Shown here: positions 19,412 through 29,012 of the stretch, piece after piece | Layout of the letters: every line of letters starts with the position of its first letter | Numbering within the stretch: the first letter of the stretch is position 1 | Assembly (NCBI GenBank): GCA_051001455.1 | Contig: JBPCNH010000023.1 | Coordinates: 48,393-112,392 of the forward strand | DNA: 64,000 nt | From: Actinomycetota bacterium | Lineage (GTDB): Bacteria > Actinomycetota > CADDZG01 > WHSQ01 | Direction: 5' to 3' | Notes under the pieces: model-generated | The model's input: only the letters and a program-made list of their open reading frames with translations | What the model was told of the DNA's origin: nothing | Database searches by the model: none | Position numbers and translations under genes: made by a program

Positions 19412-20437
19412 TCAGCCGGTGGGTGAGGCTGCCTTAGAGAGCTGAGGCTCTTCGGTCACATCGATGTCTGGGGACGGCGCGCCGCCCGGTTCTCCGGTCT
19501 TGAGGCGTGCGGCGCGCTGGGCCACCACCGACTCGATCCGCACGATCGCGGCGACCGATGCGACGATGATCGAGGCGCCGACGATGATCAGCGGAGTAAC
19601 CGTCTCGGAAAGGATCAGCCAGCCGAGTGCGATCGCGACGACCGGATTGACATAGGCGTAGGTGGCTACCTTCGAGATCGGTGCGTTCTTCAACAACCAC
19701 ACGTAAGCGGTGAACGCGAGGAGAGAACCGGCAACGACCAGATAGACGAAGGCCCACAGTGAGGCGGCCGAGAAAGAACTGGGATCCAGCCCGTTCAACT
19801 CACCGCGCGCGATACCGACCAGGGACATGAGAGCTCCACCCGCCAGCATCTGCGCCATGGTCGAGACGAAGGGATCATCGGGCAAAGGAAGCTTCTTGGA
19901 GAAGAAAGATCCACTAGCCCACGACACCGACGCGAGCACGACCAGCAACATCATCGCGAGGCTGGCTCCGTCGCTACCTTCGCTTCCGGGGGAGACGAGG
20001 ATCGCAACGCCGACGAATCCTGCCCCCACACCGAGCAGCGTCGCGCGAGGCACCGGCTCGCGGAACAGCTTGCGCAGCACCACGACCCACAGCGGAACCG
20101 AGGCGATGATCAGCGCGGTAAGTCCAGACGGCACGTACTGCTCTGCGATCGACACCATCCCGTTACCACCGAGCAGCAGCGCGGCTCCGACGATCGCCGC
20201 TGCGTAGAGACCTCTGCCGGTCACCCGCACGGACCCGCGTCCGCGCTTCAGTCTCAGGAATACGAGAGTTATCGCCCCCGCGGCCATGAACCTGACCCCC
20301 GCCGTGAGCAGCGGCGGCATCGTCTCGACCGTGACCCGGATGGCGAGATAGGTGGATCCCCACACTATGTAGACGATCCAGAGGGCGATCCAGATCATCC
20401 AGCCCGGCGGCGGATTCCTGTCGGTTGTGGGGGTCAT
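19412..20437 (-). CDS. EamA/DMT-family transporter
   Basis: 341 aa, about 10 TM helices, two EamA-like halves (IVWGSTYLAIR...). Confidence 0.8.
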   Translation of the reverse strand: MTPTTDRNPPPGWMIWIALWIVYIVWGSTYLAIRVTVETMPPLLTAGVRFMAAGAITLVFLRLKRGRGSVRVTGRGLYAAAIVGAALLLGGNGMVSIAEQYVPSGLTALIIASVPLWVVVLRKLFREPVPRATLLGVGAGFVGVAILVSPGSEGSDGASLAMMLLVVLASVSWASGSFFSKKLPLPDDPFVSTMAQMLAGGALMSLVGIARGELNGLDPSSFSAASLWAFVYLVVAGSLLAFTAYVWLLKNAPISKVATYAYVNPVVAIALGWLILSETVTPLIIVGASIIVASVAAIVRIESVVAQRAARLKTGEPGGAPSPDIDVTEEPQLSKAASPTG

Positions 20438-20556
20438 ACCCTCGCCAACTAGAACCTTACGAGAGGTATTCCGGCGCGCCGCAAAGTTCGAAGAATCAAA
20501 AGCTCCGCCGGGCGCGCCGGCCCTCGATGCCGAACATACCTAAGCGGGCGGTCAGA

Positions 20557-21390
20557 TCAGAGGGTCCCGAACGAGCCCGTCCGACGGCCCTCAGCTTCGA
20601 AGAAACGGAACAGTCCATAAGCAACCACCGCATAGATCGCGCCGATCATCGCCTCGGTCGCGACCATCGAAGAGACCTCGCGCCATGTGGCCCCTCCGGC
20701 GATGGCGCGCGCCGCCTCGATACCGTGGGTCAGCGGAACGCTCCGTCCGATCCCCTGGATCCATCCGGGCAGAGCCTCGAGAGGAACGTTCACGCCACAG
20801 ATCAGCAGCATCAAGAAATAGGCGAGGTTCGATGCGAAGAACACATCGCGGGCTCTCAGACCCACCGACCCGATCGTCATCCCCAGCGCGGTGCAAGAGA
20901 ACACCGTCACGATCACCGTCCCTACCAGTGCCGGGATGCCGGATGCAGGCATCGAGAAGTCGAGCAGCGTTGCCCCTACGAGGAACCCGAACGCCGACAC
21001 CAAGAGCCCGTTGGCCAGCGACGGCAACGCCCGGCCCAAGAAGAGGGCCACCCGGTTCGCGGGTGACGCCAGCAGCGGCATCAGTGTTCCGAAGTAACGC
21101 TCGTTGGCGATCGTCATAGTCATCCCATAGATCGCCGACATCGAGCACACCTGCACGGCGTTGCCAACGACAAAGAACGTGTCGTCCCGCAAGCCGCTGT
21201 AGCGGCCGATGTAGGAGAAGAACAGGATCTGGAAGACGGGGCTCCCGAGCATGGTCGGGATATAGATCGAGGGCTTCAGCCAGTTGAAGAGCGCCCGGTA
21301 CGAGATCAGCCCACCTATGAAGAAGATCCTCAACCAGGTGCGGATCGGGCGTGCCGTTCCGTTCGCGACAGTGGCCCCGGCGAGACTCAT
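20557..21390 (-). CDS. ABC-2 type transporter permease
   Basis: 277 aa starting at the ATG at 21390 (ATGA overlap with the upstream permease). Six predicted TM helices. The 524-aa track ORF is an artefactual extension. Confidence 0.75.
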   Translation of the reverse strand: MSLAGATVANGTARPIRTWLRIFFIGGLISYRALFNWLKPSIYIPTMLGSPVFQILFFSYIGRYSGLRDDTFFVVGNAVQVCSMSAIYGMTMTIANERYFGTLMPLLASPANRVALFLGRALPSLANGLLVSAFGFLVGATLLDFSMPASGIPALVGTVIVTVFSCTALGMTIGSVGLRARDVFFASNLAYFLMLLICGVNVPLEALPGWIQGIGRSVPLTHGIEAARAIAGGATWREVSSMVATEAMIGAIYAVVAYGLFRFFEAEGRRTGSFGTL

Positions 21391-22184
21391 GTCAGCGCGA
21401 GCGTGGCTCGTTCGCGCGCCAGCCGCTCGAAATAGCGCAGCGTGAGTGATCCGATGATGAGGTACAGAACACCGAGCACGAGAGTGGTCAGGACGTAAGG
21501 AGCAGGATGGGCACCTCCCAGCGCCGCCGTCCTGATCGCCCTCATCCCCCAGGTCGGCGCCAGCACCCACGAGATCGGCGCCGCCCAGCCCGGCAGCAGC
21601 GCTACCGGGACCAACAGACCGGTCACCAACCACACCGGGTACTCGAGCAGGTTCGAGAGCGCGTTCGCGTGCCGGTACAGCACGAATGTCGAGGCCAACA
21701 CGAGTCCCAGCAGACCCAAGGACAGGATCGTGACCGGAACCGCCACAATGAACCACCATGGGTGCGCGAGGTCGAGGGGGATGTCGAAGAAGAGCTTTCC
21801 CCAGAGAAGGGTCGAGCCAAGCGAATAGATGCCGATGGTCGAGTTGGCGAGCGTGGCGGGGATGAGTACGAGCACGAAGGGCGCCGGCGCGGCCATGAGT
21901 ATCTCGAGGGTTCCCTGGTAGCGCTCCCATTGGATCAGACCGCCGGAACCGAACAGCGTGGACGACCAGATACCCATCAACCCTGCGCCGAGCGCGACGT
22001 ACAACAGGCTCCCGGGGCGCTGACCGGCCTGGAACATGAAGAATGCGATGGTCGCGAAGATCACCGGCTGTATAAGTGACACCAGGATGAAGAAACCGGA
22101 GTGCGTGAGGGTCTTGAGCGTGAATAGCCAACCTCTCGCGATCAATCTGAACATCGCGCGCGGCGGTGGAAGCCGGTCGGTCAC
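21387..22184 (-). CDS. ABC-2 type transporter permease
   Basis: 265 aa, multi-TM, translationally coupled to the ATPase and to the second permease. Confidence 0.75.
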   Translation of the reverse strand: MTDRLPPPRAMFRLIARGWLFTLKTLTHSGFFILVSLIQPVIFATIAFFMFQAGQRPGSLLYVALGAGLMGIWSSTLFGSGGLIQWERYQGTLEILMAAPAPFVLVLIPATLANSTIGIYSLGSTLLWGKLFFDIPLDLAHPWWFIVAVPVTILSLGLLGLVLASTFVLYRHANALSNLLEYPVWLVTGLLVPVALLPGWAAPISWVLAPTWGMRAIRTAALGGAHPAPYVLTTLVLGVLYLIIGSLTLRYFERLARERATLALT

Positions 22185-23149
22185 GATTCCTCGACCATCG
22201 CTACGTAAGCGTCTTCGAGGGTCGGCTCTCTTGACGTGACCCGGCCTACTCTCACGTCACCAAGACGGGCAAGAAGCGCAGAGGTCAGCTCTTCCCCGCG
22301 CGCCGACTGCACCAGCATGACCTGCGCATGGTCCCGATCCTCGACCGCGATCGATTGGACCCCCGGCACCTCGCGCAACCGTTCGACGGTGCTATCGGTC
22401 ACGCCGAACACCTCGATCTCGACGACCGTGCGGTCGACGACCCCCGCTTTGAGCTCCTTCGGTGTGCCTTCGCCAACGATCTGCCCGTTGGCGATCACCG
22501 CTATGCGATCGCACAGGGCGTCGGCCTCGAACATGTAATGCGTCGTTAGCAGCACGGTCTTGCCCGCCTCGATCAGGCCCGCCATCATCGCGCGGAGCTC
22601 CCGCGCTCCTACCGGATCGACCCCGATCGTCGGCTCGTCGAGGAAGACCACCGCCGGATCGTGGATGAGGCCGCGAGCTATGTGAAGGCGCTGGCGCATC
22701 CCTCGTGAGTACCCCTCGACTCGCTCCTTCTCGCGGCCCGTGAGGCCTACGAGCTCGAACAGGTACTCGATCCGCTTCTTCTGGGACCGCGGGTCTACGC
22801 CGTACAGCTCAGCGAAGTAACGCATGTTGTCGAGTGCCGAGAGCCGCTCGTACAGGCCGCGGTCACCGCCGAAGACATAACCGATCCGCTCCCTGACCTT
22901 CTGGGCGTCCGCCACCACGTCGAGTCCCAGCACCCGGGCAGTCCCCGAGGTGGGGATGAGCAGGGTGATCAACATCTTGATCGTCGTGGTCTTGCCGGCG
23001 CCGTTGGGACCGAGGAGGCCAAACATCTCCCCGTCACGGACCTCGAAACTGACTCCGGACACCGCCTCGACGTCGAGAGCCTTGCGCTTCACCACGCCGG
23101 TATTCGTCCGGTAGACGCGCCGGAGCCGGTCTACCTCGATCACTGCCAT
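22181..23149 (-). CDS. ABC transporter ATP-binding protein (DrrA-like)
   Basis: Walker A GLLGPNGAGKTTT, signature YSRGMRQRL, Walker B VVFLDEPT. Confidence 0.9.
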   Translation of the reverse strand: MAVIEVDRLRRVYRTNTGVVKRKALDVEAVSGVSFEVRDGEMFGLLGPNGAGKTTTIKMLITLLIPTSGTARVLGLDVVADAQKVRERIGYVFGGDRGLYERLSALDNMRYFAELYGVDPRSQKKRIEYLFELVGLTGREKERVEGYSRGMRQRLHIARGLIHDPAVVFLDEPTIGVDPVGARELRAMMAGLIEAGKTVLLTTHYMFEADALCDRIAVIANGQIVGEGTPKELKAGVVDRTVVEIEVFGVTDSTVERLREVPGVQSIAVEDRDHAQVMLVQSARGEELTSALLARLGDVRVGRVTSREPTLEDAYVAMVEES

Positions 23150-23232
23150 CCGACGCCCCCCATTGTCAAAGGATGCTCACGCGCACCCAGACCGAGAACC
23201 GCTTTAGCCGGAACGGGCGGCATAATGGAAGC

Positions 23233-24099
23233 ATGAACAAGAACAATCTCAAAACAGCCGTCCTCCTAGCCGCTCTCGGCGGCCTCATCATGGTCATCAG
23301 CGAGGTCATATTCGGAGGGATGCAGGGCCTCACCATCGGGCTTGTCATCGCGTTCGTGATGACCTTCTTCTCCTACTGGTTCAGCGACAAGCTCGCGATC
23401 AAGGCGTCCCGGGCCCAACCCGTAACCGAGAGCGAGGCGCCGCAGCTCTACCGGCTGACCCGTGAGCTCACCACGCAAGCGAACCTCCCGATGCCGCGGC
23501 TGTACGTGATCCCTTCCGAGCAACCGAACGCCTTCGCCACCGGACGGAACCCGCAACACTCTGCCGTCGCCGTCACCCAGGGGATAGTTCAGATCCTCGA
23601 TGAGGACGAACTCAAAGGCGTCCTCGCCCACGAGTTGATGCACATCAAGAACCGGGACATCCTTATCTCGTCGGTCGCCGCTGCCGTTGCCATGGGCATC
23701 ATGTTCACCGCTCGTATGGCGATGTGGGGAGCGATGTTCGGCGGAGGCCGAGGCAACGACCGGGGTGGTGGCAACATCATCGGCATGCTGGCGATGATGA
23801 TCCTCGCTCCGCTCGCCGCCGGGATGATCCAGATGGCACTGTCACGCTCACGTGAATTCGAAGCCGACCACGACGCCGCCTTCTTGATCGGGCAAGGTGA
23901 CCCCTTGGCCCGGGCGCTCGAGAAGCTCCAGAGCACCGCCGAGCGCGTTCCGGCCCAGGTTCATCCCGCCCAAGCGCCGATGTACATCGTGAACCCGCTG
24001 TCGGGCCGTAAGGCCAACTTCGCAGCGCTGTTCTCGACGCACCCGCCGACGGAGGAGAGGACCGCTCGGCTGCGAGCGATCAATCCGCACGTCCGCTAA
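23233..24099 (+). CDS. htpX: Zinc metalloprotease HtpX (M48)
   Basis: MNKNNLKTAVLLAALGGL start, an HELMHI motif and a C-terminal FSTHPPTEERTARL. The ATG at 23233 is preferred over the track start at 23173. Confidence 0.9.
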   Translation: MNKNNLKTAVLLAALGGLIMVISEVIFGGMQGLTIGLVIAFVMTFFSYWFSDKLAIKASRAQPVTESEAPQLYRLTRELTTQANLPMPRLYVIPSEQPNAFATGRNPQHSAVAVTQGIVQILDEDELKGVLAHELMHIKNRDILISSVAAAVAMGIMFTARMAMWGAMFGGGRGNDRGGGNIIGMLAMMILAPLAAGMIQMALSRSREFEADHDAAFLIGQGDPLARALEKLQSTAERVPAQVHPAQAPMYIVNPLSGRKANFAALFSTHPPTEERTARLRAINPHVR

Positions 24100-24194
24100 A
24101 CCACGTTCTTGCCGGGACTCGGCCATCTTGCCGCGCAGGATCTAGAGCAAAGACATCTGGGGCCGCTCGCCCCGGGGGGGACGGCCGGAGGCAC

Positions 24195-25145
24195 TCAGGA
24201 CAGGTTGGTCCGGACCGCCGTTTCAGAGGTCGCCGGCTCCATGTGAGGGTCCGTCGCCACCGTTCCCTCTGGGAGCGGGCGCACCCGGCGGAGGTAGGGG
24301 AACAGTTCGACCACCACGATGGCCAGCAGGATCAACCCCGCTCCCACCCATGCGATCGGCGTCAGCACCTCGTGCACCAGCAGATAGCCGAACAAAGCCG
24401 CGAAAGCCGCCTCGCTGGCAAGGATCAGAGCGGTGCGGGCCGGAGGAGCATTGCGCTGCGCCCACGTCTGGATGAAGAACCCCAGCGCGCTGGCGAACAG
24501 AGAAGTGACGATCAAGGCGCTCCAGACCGTCCCCGATCTCGGGATCATCAGGTCCCCCATCACCGCGGCGACGATCAGCGTGAACGAACCGCACACCCCC
24601 AGCTGAACCGTGAGCAGCGCTCCGGTCGAGTGATCCCTCACCGCTACATCGGTCACGAGGATGTGGCCGGCGAACGAACATGCGCACAGGAAGACAAGTG
24701 CATCGCCCAAGAGATGGACCTCACCAGAGGCGCCGGTGAGCAGGAAGAGGCCGACTGCCGACATCGCTGCGGCGATCCACACCGGGGGGCCTGCGAGATG
24801 TTTCAGCAACAGCGCTCCGAACACCGGGGTGAGCACCACGTAGAGGCCGGTGATGAAACCGACGTTGGAGACGGTGGTTCGCTCGAGCCCGAGTGTCTGA
24901 AAGATGTACCCGCCGGTAAGGAACGCACCCATCAGCCCGGCGCGCCGCATTCCCCGCGCGCCGAGTCCCGACAGCTCCTTGCGAAAGATCACCCCGACCA
25001 ACAGCGACGCGGGGATGAACCTGAACGCGAGGAACGTCATCACGGGCACGACCGCGACCGCGTCCTGGACCATCACGAACGTGAGGCCCCACACCGCTGC
25101 TACCGAGAGGAGGGCCGCTTCGGCTACGGGCAGGCGAGAACGCAT
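24195..25145 (-). CDS. EamA/DMT-family transporter
   Basis: 316 aa, 10 predicted TM helices, EamA-like repeats. Confidence 0.8.
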   Translation of the reverse strand: MRSRLPVAEAALLSVAAVWGLTFVMVQDAVAVVPVMTFLAFRFIPASLLVGVIFRKELSGLGARGMRRAGLMGAFLTGGYIFQTLGLERTTVSNVGFITGLYVVLTPVFGALLLKHLAGPPVWIAAAMSAVGLFLLTGASGEVHLLGDALVFLCACSFAGHILVTDVAVRDHSTGALLTVQLGVCGSFTLIVAAVMGDLMIPRSGTVWSALIVTSLFASALGFFIQTWAQRNAPPARTALILASEAAFAALFGYLLVHEVLTPIAWVGAGLILLAIVVVELFPYLRRVRPLPEGTVATDPHMEPATSETAVRTNLS

Positions 25146-25206
25146 ACCCGAACGCTACCCACCGTATGGGAGTTCCGGTTCCCACCCGGCCCCGCGTAGT
25201 CGTTGC

Positions 25207-26256
25207 CTAGGCGACCTTCTCGAGGAGGTCCGACTTCATATCCCCCGCGAGCAGGTCCAGGACCGCCTCCTCGACGATAGCGAGCGAGCCTTCCGACATC
25301 GCGTCGTGTTCCGCTATCTGCTCGACGATCCCGGTGATCACCACACCTGAATCGAAACGATCGATCACGCGGGGGTCTATGTAGGAGCGACGGCAGACCA
25401 CCGGCGTGTTGCCGAGATAGTGAGCCACCTCCTTCACGGCGCGAGTCACGGCGCGTTTCCGTGCAGTCTTGGACGACGCTGCCGCGTAGCTGACGGCCAA
25501 TGCGAGTGTGCAATGGACGGTCGCATGCCAGGTTCGGAAATCCTTCGCCGAGTAGTCGTCGTCGGCCACGTCCTTGAGGTAATCGTTGATGTCGCTCGAC
25601 CGGACATCGCGCCATCCGGTCGCATCCTTGTATGCCAGCAGCTCCGCTCCTCCGCCGCGACGGCGTTTCATCTGGGCGACCGCATCGAAGACGAGGGGAT
25701 CGACTACCGATTGGATGCGCTCCTTGCCGCTCTTGGCCACATACTCGAAGATCACTTCCTTGCCTTTGAGGGTGACGTGCTCCTTGCGCATCGTCGCCAG
25801 CCCGTAGGACCGGTTCTTCTCTGCGTAAGCCTCTCCGCCTACTCGGAAAAAACCGCGATCCAGAAGTCGCACCGCGCACGCGAGAGCGCGCTCCCGCGGC
25901 ATCCCTGGAAGCGCCAAGTGCTCTCCCGTCATCGACCGGATCTCGGGCAGCGATCGTGCGAACTCGACCATGTTGTCGAACTTCTGCTGGTCACGACGGC
26001 GATGCCATGCTTCGTGATAGATGTACTGCTTCCGGCCTGCGGCATCGGTCCCTACGGCTTGCAGATGGCCCCGGGGATCCGCACAGATCCACACGTCCTT
26101 CCACGCGGGCGGTATGCCGAGAGCCCGGATGCGGGCGATCGTTTCGGCATCGTCGACCCGCTTACCTCTCACGTCCAGATACTCGAACCCGCGGCCTCGC
26201 CTACGGCGCGAGATACCCGGCGCTCCGCAATTCACCTTCCTGTACGGGATGGGCAT
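25207..26256 (-). CDS. DNA topoisomerase IB (eukaryotic/poxvirus-like type)
   Basis: 349 aa. GFEYLD, GIPPAWKDVWI, YRKEHV-like block, FRTWHATV, and VCRRSYIDPRV carrying the catalytic Tyr context of bacterial TopIB. Confidence 0.8.
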   Translation of the reverse strand: MPIPYRKVNCGAPGISRRRRGRGFEYLDVRGKRVDDAETIARIRALGIPPAWKDVWICADPRGHLQAVGTDAAGRKQYIYHEAWHRRRDQQKFDNMVEFARSLPEIRSMTGEHLALPGMPRERALACAVRLLDRGFFRVGGEAYAEKNRSYGLATMRKEHVTLKGKEVIFEYVAKSGKERIQSVVDPLVFDAVAQMKRRRGGGAELLAYKDATGWRDVRSSDINDYLKDVADDDYSAKDFRTWHATVHCTLALAVSYAAASSKTARKRAVTRAVKEVAHYLGNTPVVCRRSYIDPRVIDRFDSGVVITGIVEQIAEHDAMSEGSLAIVEEAVLDLLAGDMKSDLLEKVA

Positions 26257-26410
26257 CTCTTCTCCGATTCGTTCCTTACCGCCAGCCTAAGGCCGGAGTG
26301 ATACCCACGGTTCCTTCCGCCGACACCTCGTGCTTGCCTCGCTAGGCTTGCGAAAGCTCGCGATGGGTATGTATCCAGGGTCGAGATAACCGATAAACGA
26401 GGGAGGCAAC

Positions 26411-26875
26411 ATGTCCGTCATAGAGCAGTCATGTGAAGTCAACGTTCCGGTGAGAACCGCTTACAACCAGTGGACCCAGTTCGAGGACTTCCCGCAGTTC
26501 ATGGAAGGCGTCGAGACCGTCACGCAGCTAGACGACAAGCGTCTCCACTGGGTAACCGAGATCGCTGGCATCAAACGTAAGTTCGACGCGACGATCACCG
26601 AGCAGACCCCGGACGAGCGGATCGCCTGGCGCGCCGACGGTGACACCACGCAAGCCGGTGTCGTGACCTTCCACCGCCTCGATAAGGACAAGACCAAAGT
26701 GATGCTCCAGATGGAGATCGAGCCGAGCGACTTCGTCGAAAAGGCCGGAGACGCTCTCGGGATCATCGAGCGCCGCACCAAGAACGACCTCGACAACTTC
26801 AAGAAGTTCATCGAGAGCCGCGGCACCGAGACCGGTGCCTGGAGAGGCGACATCGACCAGAGCGCAACGAAGTAA
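26411..26875 (+). CDS. SRPBCC-family (cyclase/dehydrase-like) protein
   Basis: 154 aa. AYNQWTQFEDFPQFMEGVETV...HW is typical of polyketide_cyc2/SRPBCC proteins. Confidence 0.7.
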   Translation: MSVIEQSCEVNVPVRTAYNQWTQFEDFPQFMEGVETVTQLDDKRLHWVTEIAGIKRKFDATITEQTPDERIAWRADGDTTQAGVVTFHRLDKDKTKVMLQMEIEPSDFVEKAGDALGIIERRTKNDLDNFKKFIESRGTETGAWRGDIDQSATK

Positions 26876-26896
26876 CACCCACCACCGAGACATTCC

Positions 26897-26927
26897 AGCA
26901 GGGCCCGCCACTACGGCGGGCCCTGCT
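26897..26927 (+). terminator. Candidate intrinsic terminator after SRPBCC gene
   Basis: Perfect 13-bp stem AGCAGGGCCCGCC/GGCGGGCCCTGCT with a 5-nt loop, 22 nt after the stop. Followed by a pyrimidine/T-rich stretch (cgcgtcttgtcctctcttt). Confidence 0.55.
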
Positions 26928-27081
26928 CGCGTCTTGTCCTCTCTTTAGGTCCCTGTAAGTCCTCCGGGCGGACCGAGCAGTTGCCCTAGCTTCGGCCACG
27001 ACCACTGGCTACAGGTAGCCGTAGAGAAAAAAGCGGGCAGAATCCGGCGCGCCGGGAGCGCCGCGTGATTGCCTCAGGCAC

Positions 27082-28125
27082 ATGGCGGCACGGACGGAAC
27101 CCAGCCCCACCAACGGGACGGTCGCACGGATCGTCCTGATCGTGGCTGCCGTCTCCGTAGGGCTCTACATCGTCTATTCGCTGCGCAACGTCTTGATACT
27201 GATCGTCGTAGCAGGATTCCTCGCGATCGGACTCGATCCCGGGGTGCGCAAGCTCGAAGGACTCGGGATGAAAAGAGGTCAGGCCGTCGCGGCCATCTTC
27301 GTGACCGCGATACTGTTCATCGCCGCCTTCACAGCCGCGGTTATCCCGCCTCTCGTGAGTCAGGTCGCCACGTTCGCGACCAACCTGCCGGGCTACGTCG
27401 AGGACCTCGCCGAGAGCAACCCGCGGATCGAGGAGTGGGTCAAGGAGAACGACGTCGCCGAGCAGCTGAAGAGCGCTGCCGGCAATGTCCCCAAGGTGAT
27501 CGGCAGCTCTTTCGGCGATGCGCTCGGGATCGCCGGGTCAGTTGCGGGCGCCCTCTTCAACGGGCTCACCATCCTCGTGCTGACGATCTATTTCTCACTC
27601 AGCTTGTCTCGCATCCGCGAGGGCTCGATGAAACTGGTGCCCAAGAGCAAACGTTCAGAGGTGAAGCGGTTCATGGACCCCGTCCTCGAGAAGATCGGGG
27701 GCTACATCGCCGGACAGGTTTCCGTCGCGCTCCTCGCTGGCGTGCTGGCACTGATATTCCTCGCCGTCGCAGGAGTGCCTTTCCCGGTTGCCCTCGCGCT
27801 GTGGGTCAGCCTCTCCGCGCTTATCCCTCTGGTTGGAGCGACGCTCGGCGCGATACCCGCGGCGATCGTCGCGTTCTTCACTTCGGTTCCTCTGGGTATC
27901 GCCACTTTCGTTTACTTCCTCGTCTATCAACAGGTGGAGAACTACATCATCGCTCCGCGCATCATGACGAAAGCGGTGGACATCTCCCCTGCCGCGGTCC
28001 TGTTAGCGGCGTTGATCGGAGGCAACCTCCTCGGGTTCGTCGGCGCGCTGATGGCGATCCCCGCAGCAGCGTCGATAAAGCTGTTCGCACAAGAGATCTT
28101 CGTCCCGAAGGCGGAAACCGCCTAG
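27082..28125 (+). CDS. AI-2E/PerM (UPF0118) family transporter
   Basis: 347 aa, about 8 TM helices. The conserved C-terminal block IPLVGATLGAIPAAIVA...YQQVENYIIAPRIM is typical of the family. Confidence 0.8.
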   Translation: MAARTEPSPTNGTVARIVLIVAAVSVGLYIVYSLRNVLILIVVAGFLAIGLDPGVRKLEGLGMKRGQAVAAIFVTAILFIAAFTAAVIPPLVSQVATFATNLPGYVEDLAESNPRIEEWVKENDVAEQLKSAAGNVPKVIGSSFGDALGIAGSVAGALFNGLTILVLTIYFSLSLSRIREGSMKLVPKSKRSEVKRFMDPVLEKIGGYIAGQVSVALLAGVLALIFLAVAGVPFPVALALWVSLSALIPLVGATLGAIPAAIVAFFTSVPLGIATFVYFLVYQQVENYIIAPRIMTKAVDISPAAVLLAALIGGNLLGFVGALMAIPAAASIKLFAQEIFVPKAETA

Positions 28126-28162
28126 CTGCGCCGTTGCTTCACCGTACGCACGGTCCCCCCGC

Positions 28163-28211
28163 GTTTTGATCGATTCTGACCACGTATTTGGTGGTCGCTA
28201 CCGATCAAAAC
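28163..28211. repeat. Nested-palindrome repeat element, copy A
   Basis: GTTTTGATCGATTCTGACCACGTATTTGGTGGTCGCTACCGATCAAAAC. Outer arms are GTTTTGATCG/CGATCAAAAC and inner arms GACCAC/GTGGTC. About 64 bp including flanks are near-identical to copy B. Confidence 0.9.
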
Positions 28212-28806
28212 GTGCACGGGTGACACCGAGCGCCGTGACACCGAGCGCCGTGACACCGAGCGCCGCGATGCCCAGCACCCACAGCCACGGCGCGCCGGTT
28301 GCTCCGGTGGAAGCCACGGGTGCGGAAGCTGCAGCAGGTTGTATCTCCGGCTCGGCTTCGGCTTTCGTATCCGACCCGAGCAGCATCTCGACGTCGGTCT
28401 CGACCGGTGCTGCGGCAGCTTTGGAGTCGGCCGGATCACCTACGACGACCGCTCCGACCATCGATGGGTGCAGCAAGCAGTAGTACGGAAAGACTCCTTC
28501 GTTCTTGAAGACGTGGGTGACGTGATCACCGTCTGTCAGGTGCTCCTCGGTACCCCACGCCAGACTCGCGCCGGACACGGTGTGAGCGACGGGATCTTTG
28601 TTGATCCACGTGACGCTGGTACCGGGATCGACGTAGAGAACGGTGGGGGTGAACATGCACTCGTCGATCGGGACACTAGGTCCCTTAAACCCGCGACCGG
28701 AGGTCGGTTCACCGTCTGCGTAACATCCTCCGCCCCCGGCCGCAGGCGCGGACAGCAGAACTCCTCCTAAGACTGTGACGGCGGTGAGCATCGCTACTCG
28801 GCGCAT
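28198..28806 (-). CDS. Secreted cupredoxin (plastocyanin/azurin-like) protein with C-terminal hydrophobic anchor
   Basis: ATG at 28806 with a signal peptide. Copper-site context HTV...YYCLLHPSMVG. C-terminus is PVASTG + hydrophobic stretch + RARFDR. The last codons and the stop lie inside repeat copy A. Confidence 0.75.
   Translation of the reverse strand: MRRVAMLTAVTVLGGVLLSAPAAGGGGCYADGEPTSGRGFKGPSVPIDECMFTPTVLYVDPGTSVTWINKDPVAHTVSGASLAWGTEEHLTDGDHVTHVFKNEGVFPYYCLLHPSMVGAVVVGDPADSKAAAAPVETDVEMLLGSDTKAEAEPEIQPAAASAPVASTGATGAPWLWVLGIAALGVTALGVTALGVTRARFDR
28220..28264. repeat. Perfect 15-bp x3 in-frame tandem repeat
   Basis: GTGACACCGAGCGCC x3, encoding (GVTAL)x3 on the minus strand in the C-terminal hydrophobic segment of the cupredoxin. 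Confidence 0.9.
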
Positions 28807-29012
28807 CGTTCGCTCCCTTTCGGTAGGCGTTTCCCTTGTTACACCGCGGGTCGTCGGGCGGTTCCCTCCTCTTACTTGAGGGACTCCCGACGCGCCGCTA
28901 ACGTTGCCAACGTTCTTCCGCTGGATCTGATCTGTGCGCGTCGGAGCCCTCGGCGTGCCGAACCTGTGTCGGGACCTGGTCGTGGACAGCCGCCTCGCGG
29001 CACGGGAGATGG

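Noticed and set aside
21391-22131. Upstream extension of the 524-aa ORF 20557..22131. Likewise the extensions of 45105..46469, 16602..17873 and 15087..16058.
   Set aside because: The extensions overlap neighbouring well-supported genes in another frame. Internal ATGs that form ATGA stop/start overlaps, or that precede signal peptides, give proteins of normal family length.
28163-28211. The palindromic repeat as an intrinsic terminator, or as an integron attC site.
   Set aside because: Terminator: the T-run lies 5' and the A-run 3' of the hairpin in both orientations, so no U-tract follows the stem. attC: the element has GTTTT at its 5' end and AAAAC at its 3' end, the reverse of the inverse-core/core (RYYYAAC...GTTRRRY) order. 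The copies are also not arranged as a cassette array, and no intI is present.
28122-28439. A recurrent peptide (..LIGSDHQIRGQNRSKR.. / ..VLIDSDHVFGGRYRSK..) appears in several track ORFs (28122-28439, 28166-28483, 29809-30495, 30195-30632, 44774-45085, 44869-45108).
   Set aside because: The shared peptide is simply the translation of the palindromic repeat element in different frames and strands. There is no consistent ORF context, so it is not a coding family.
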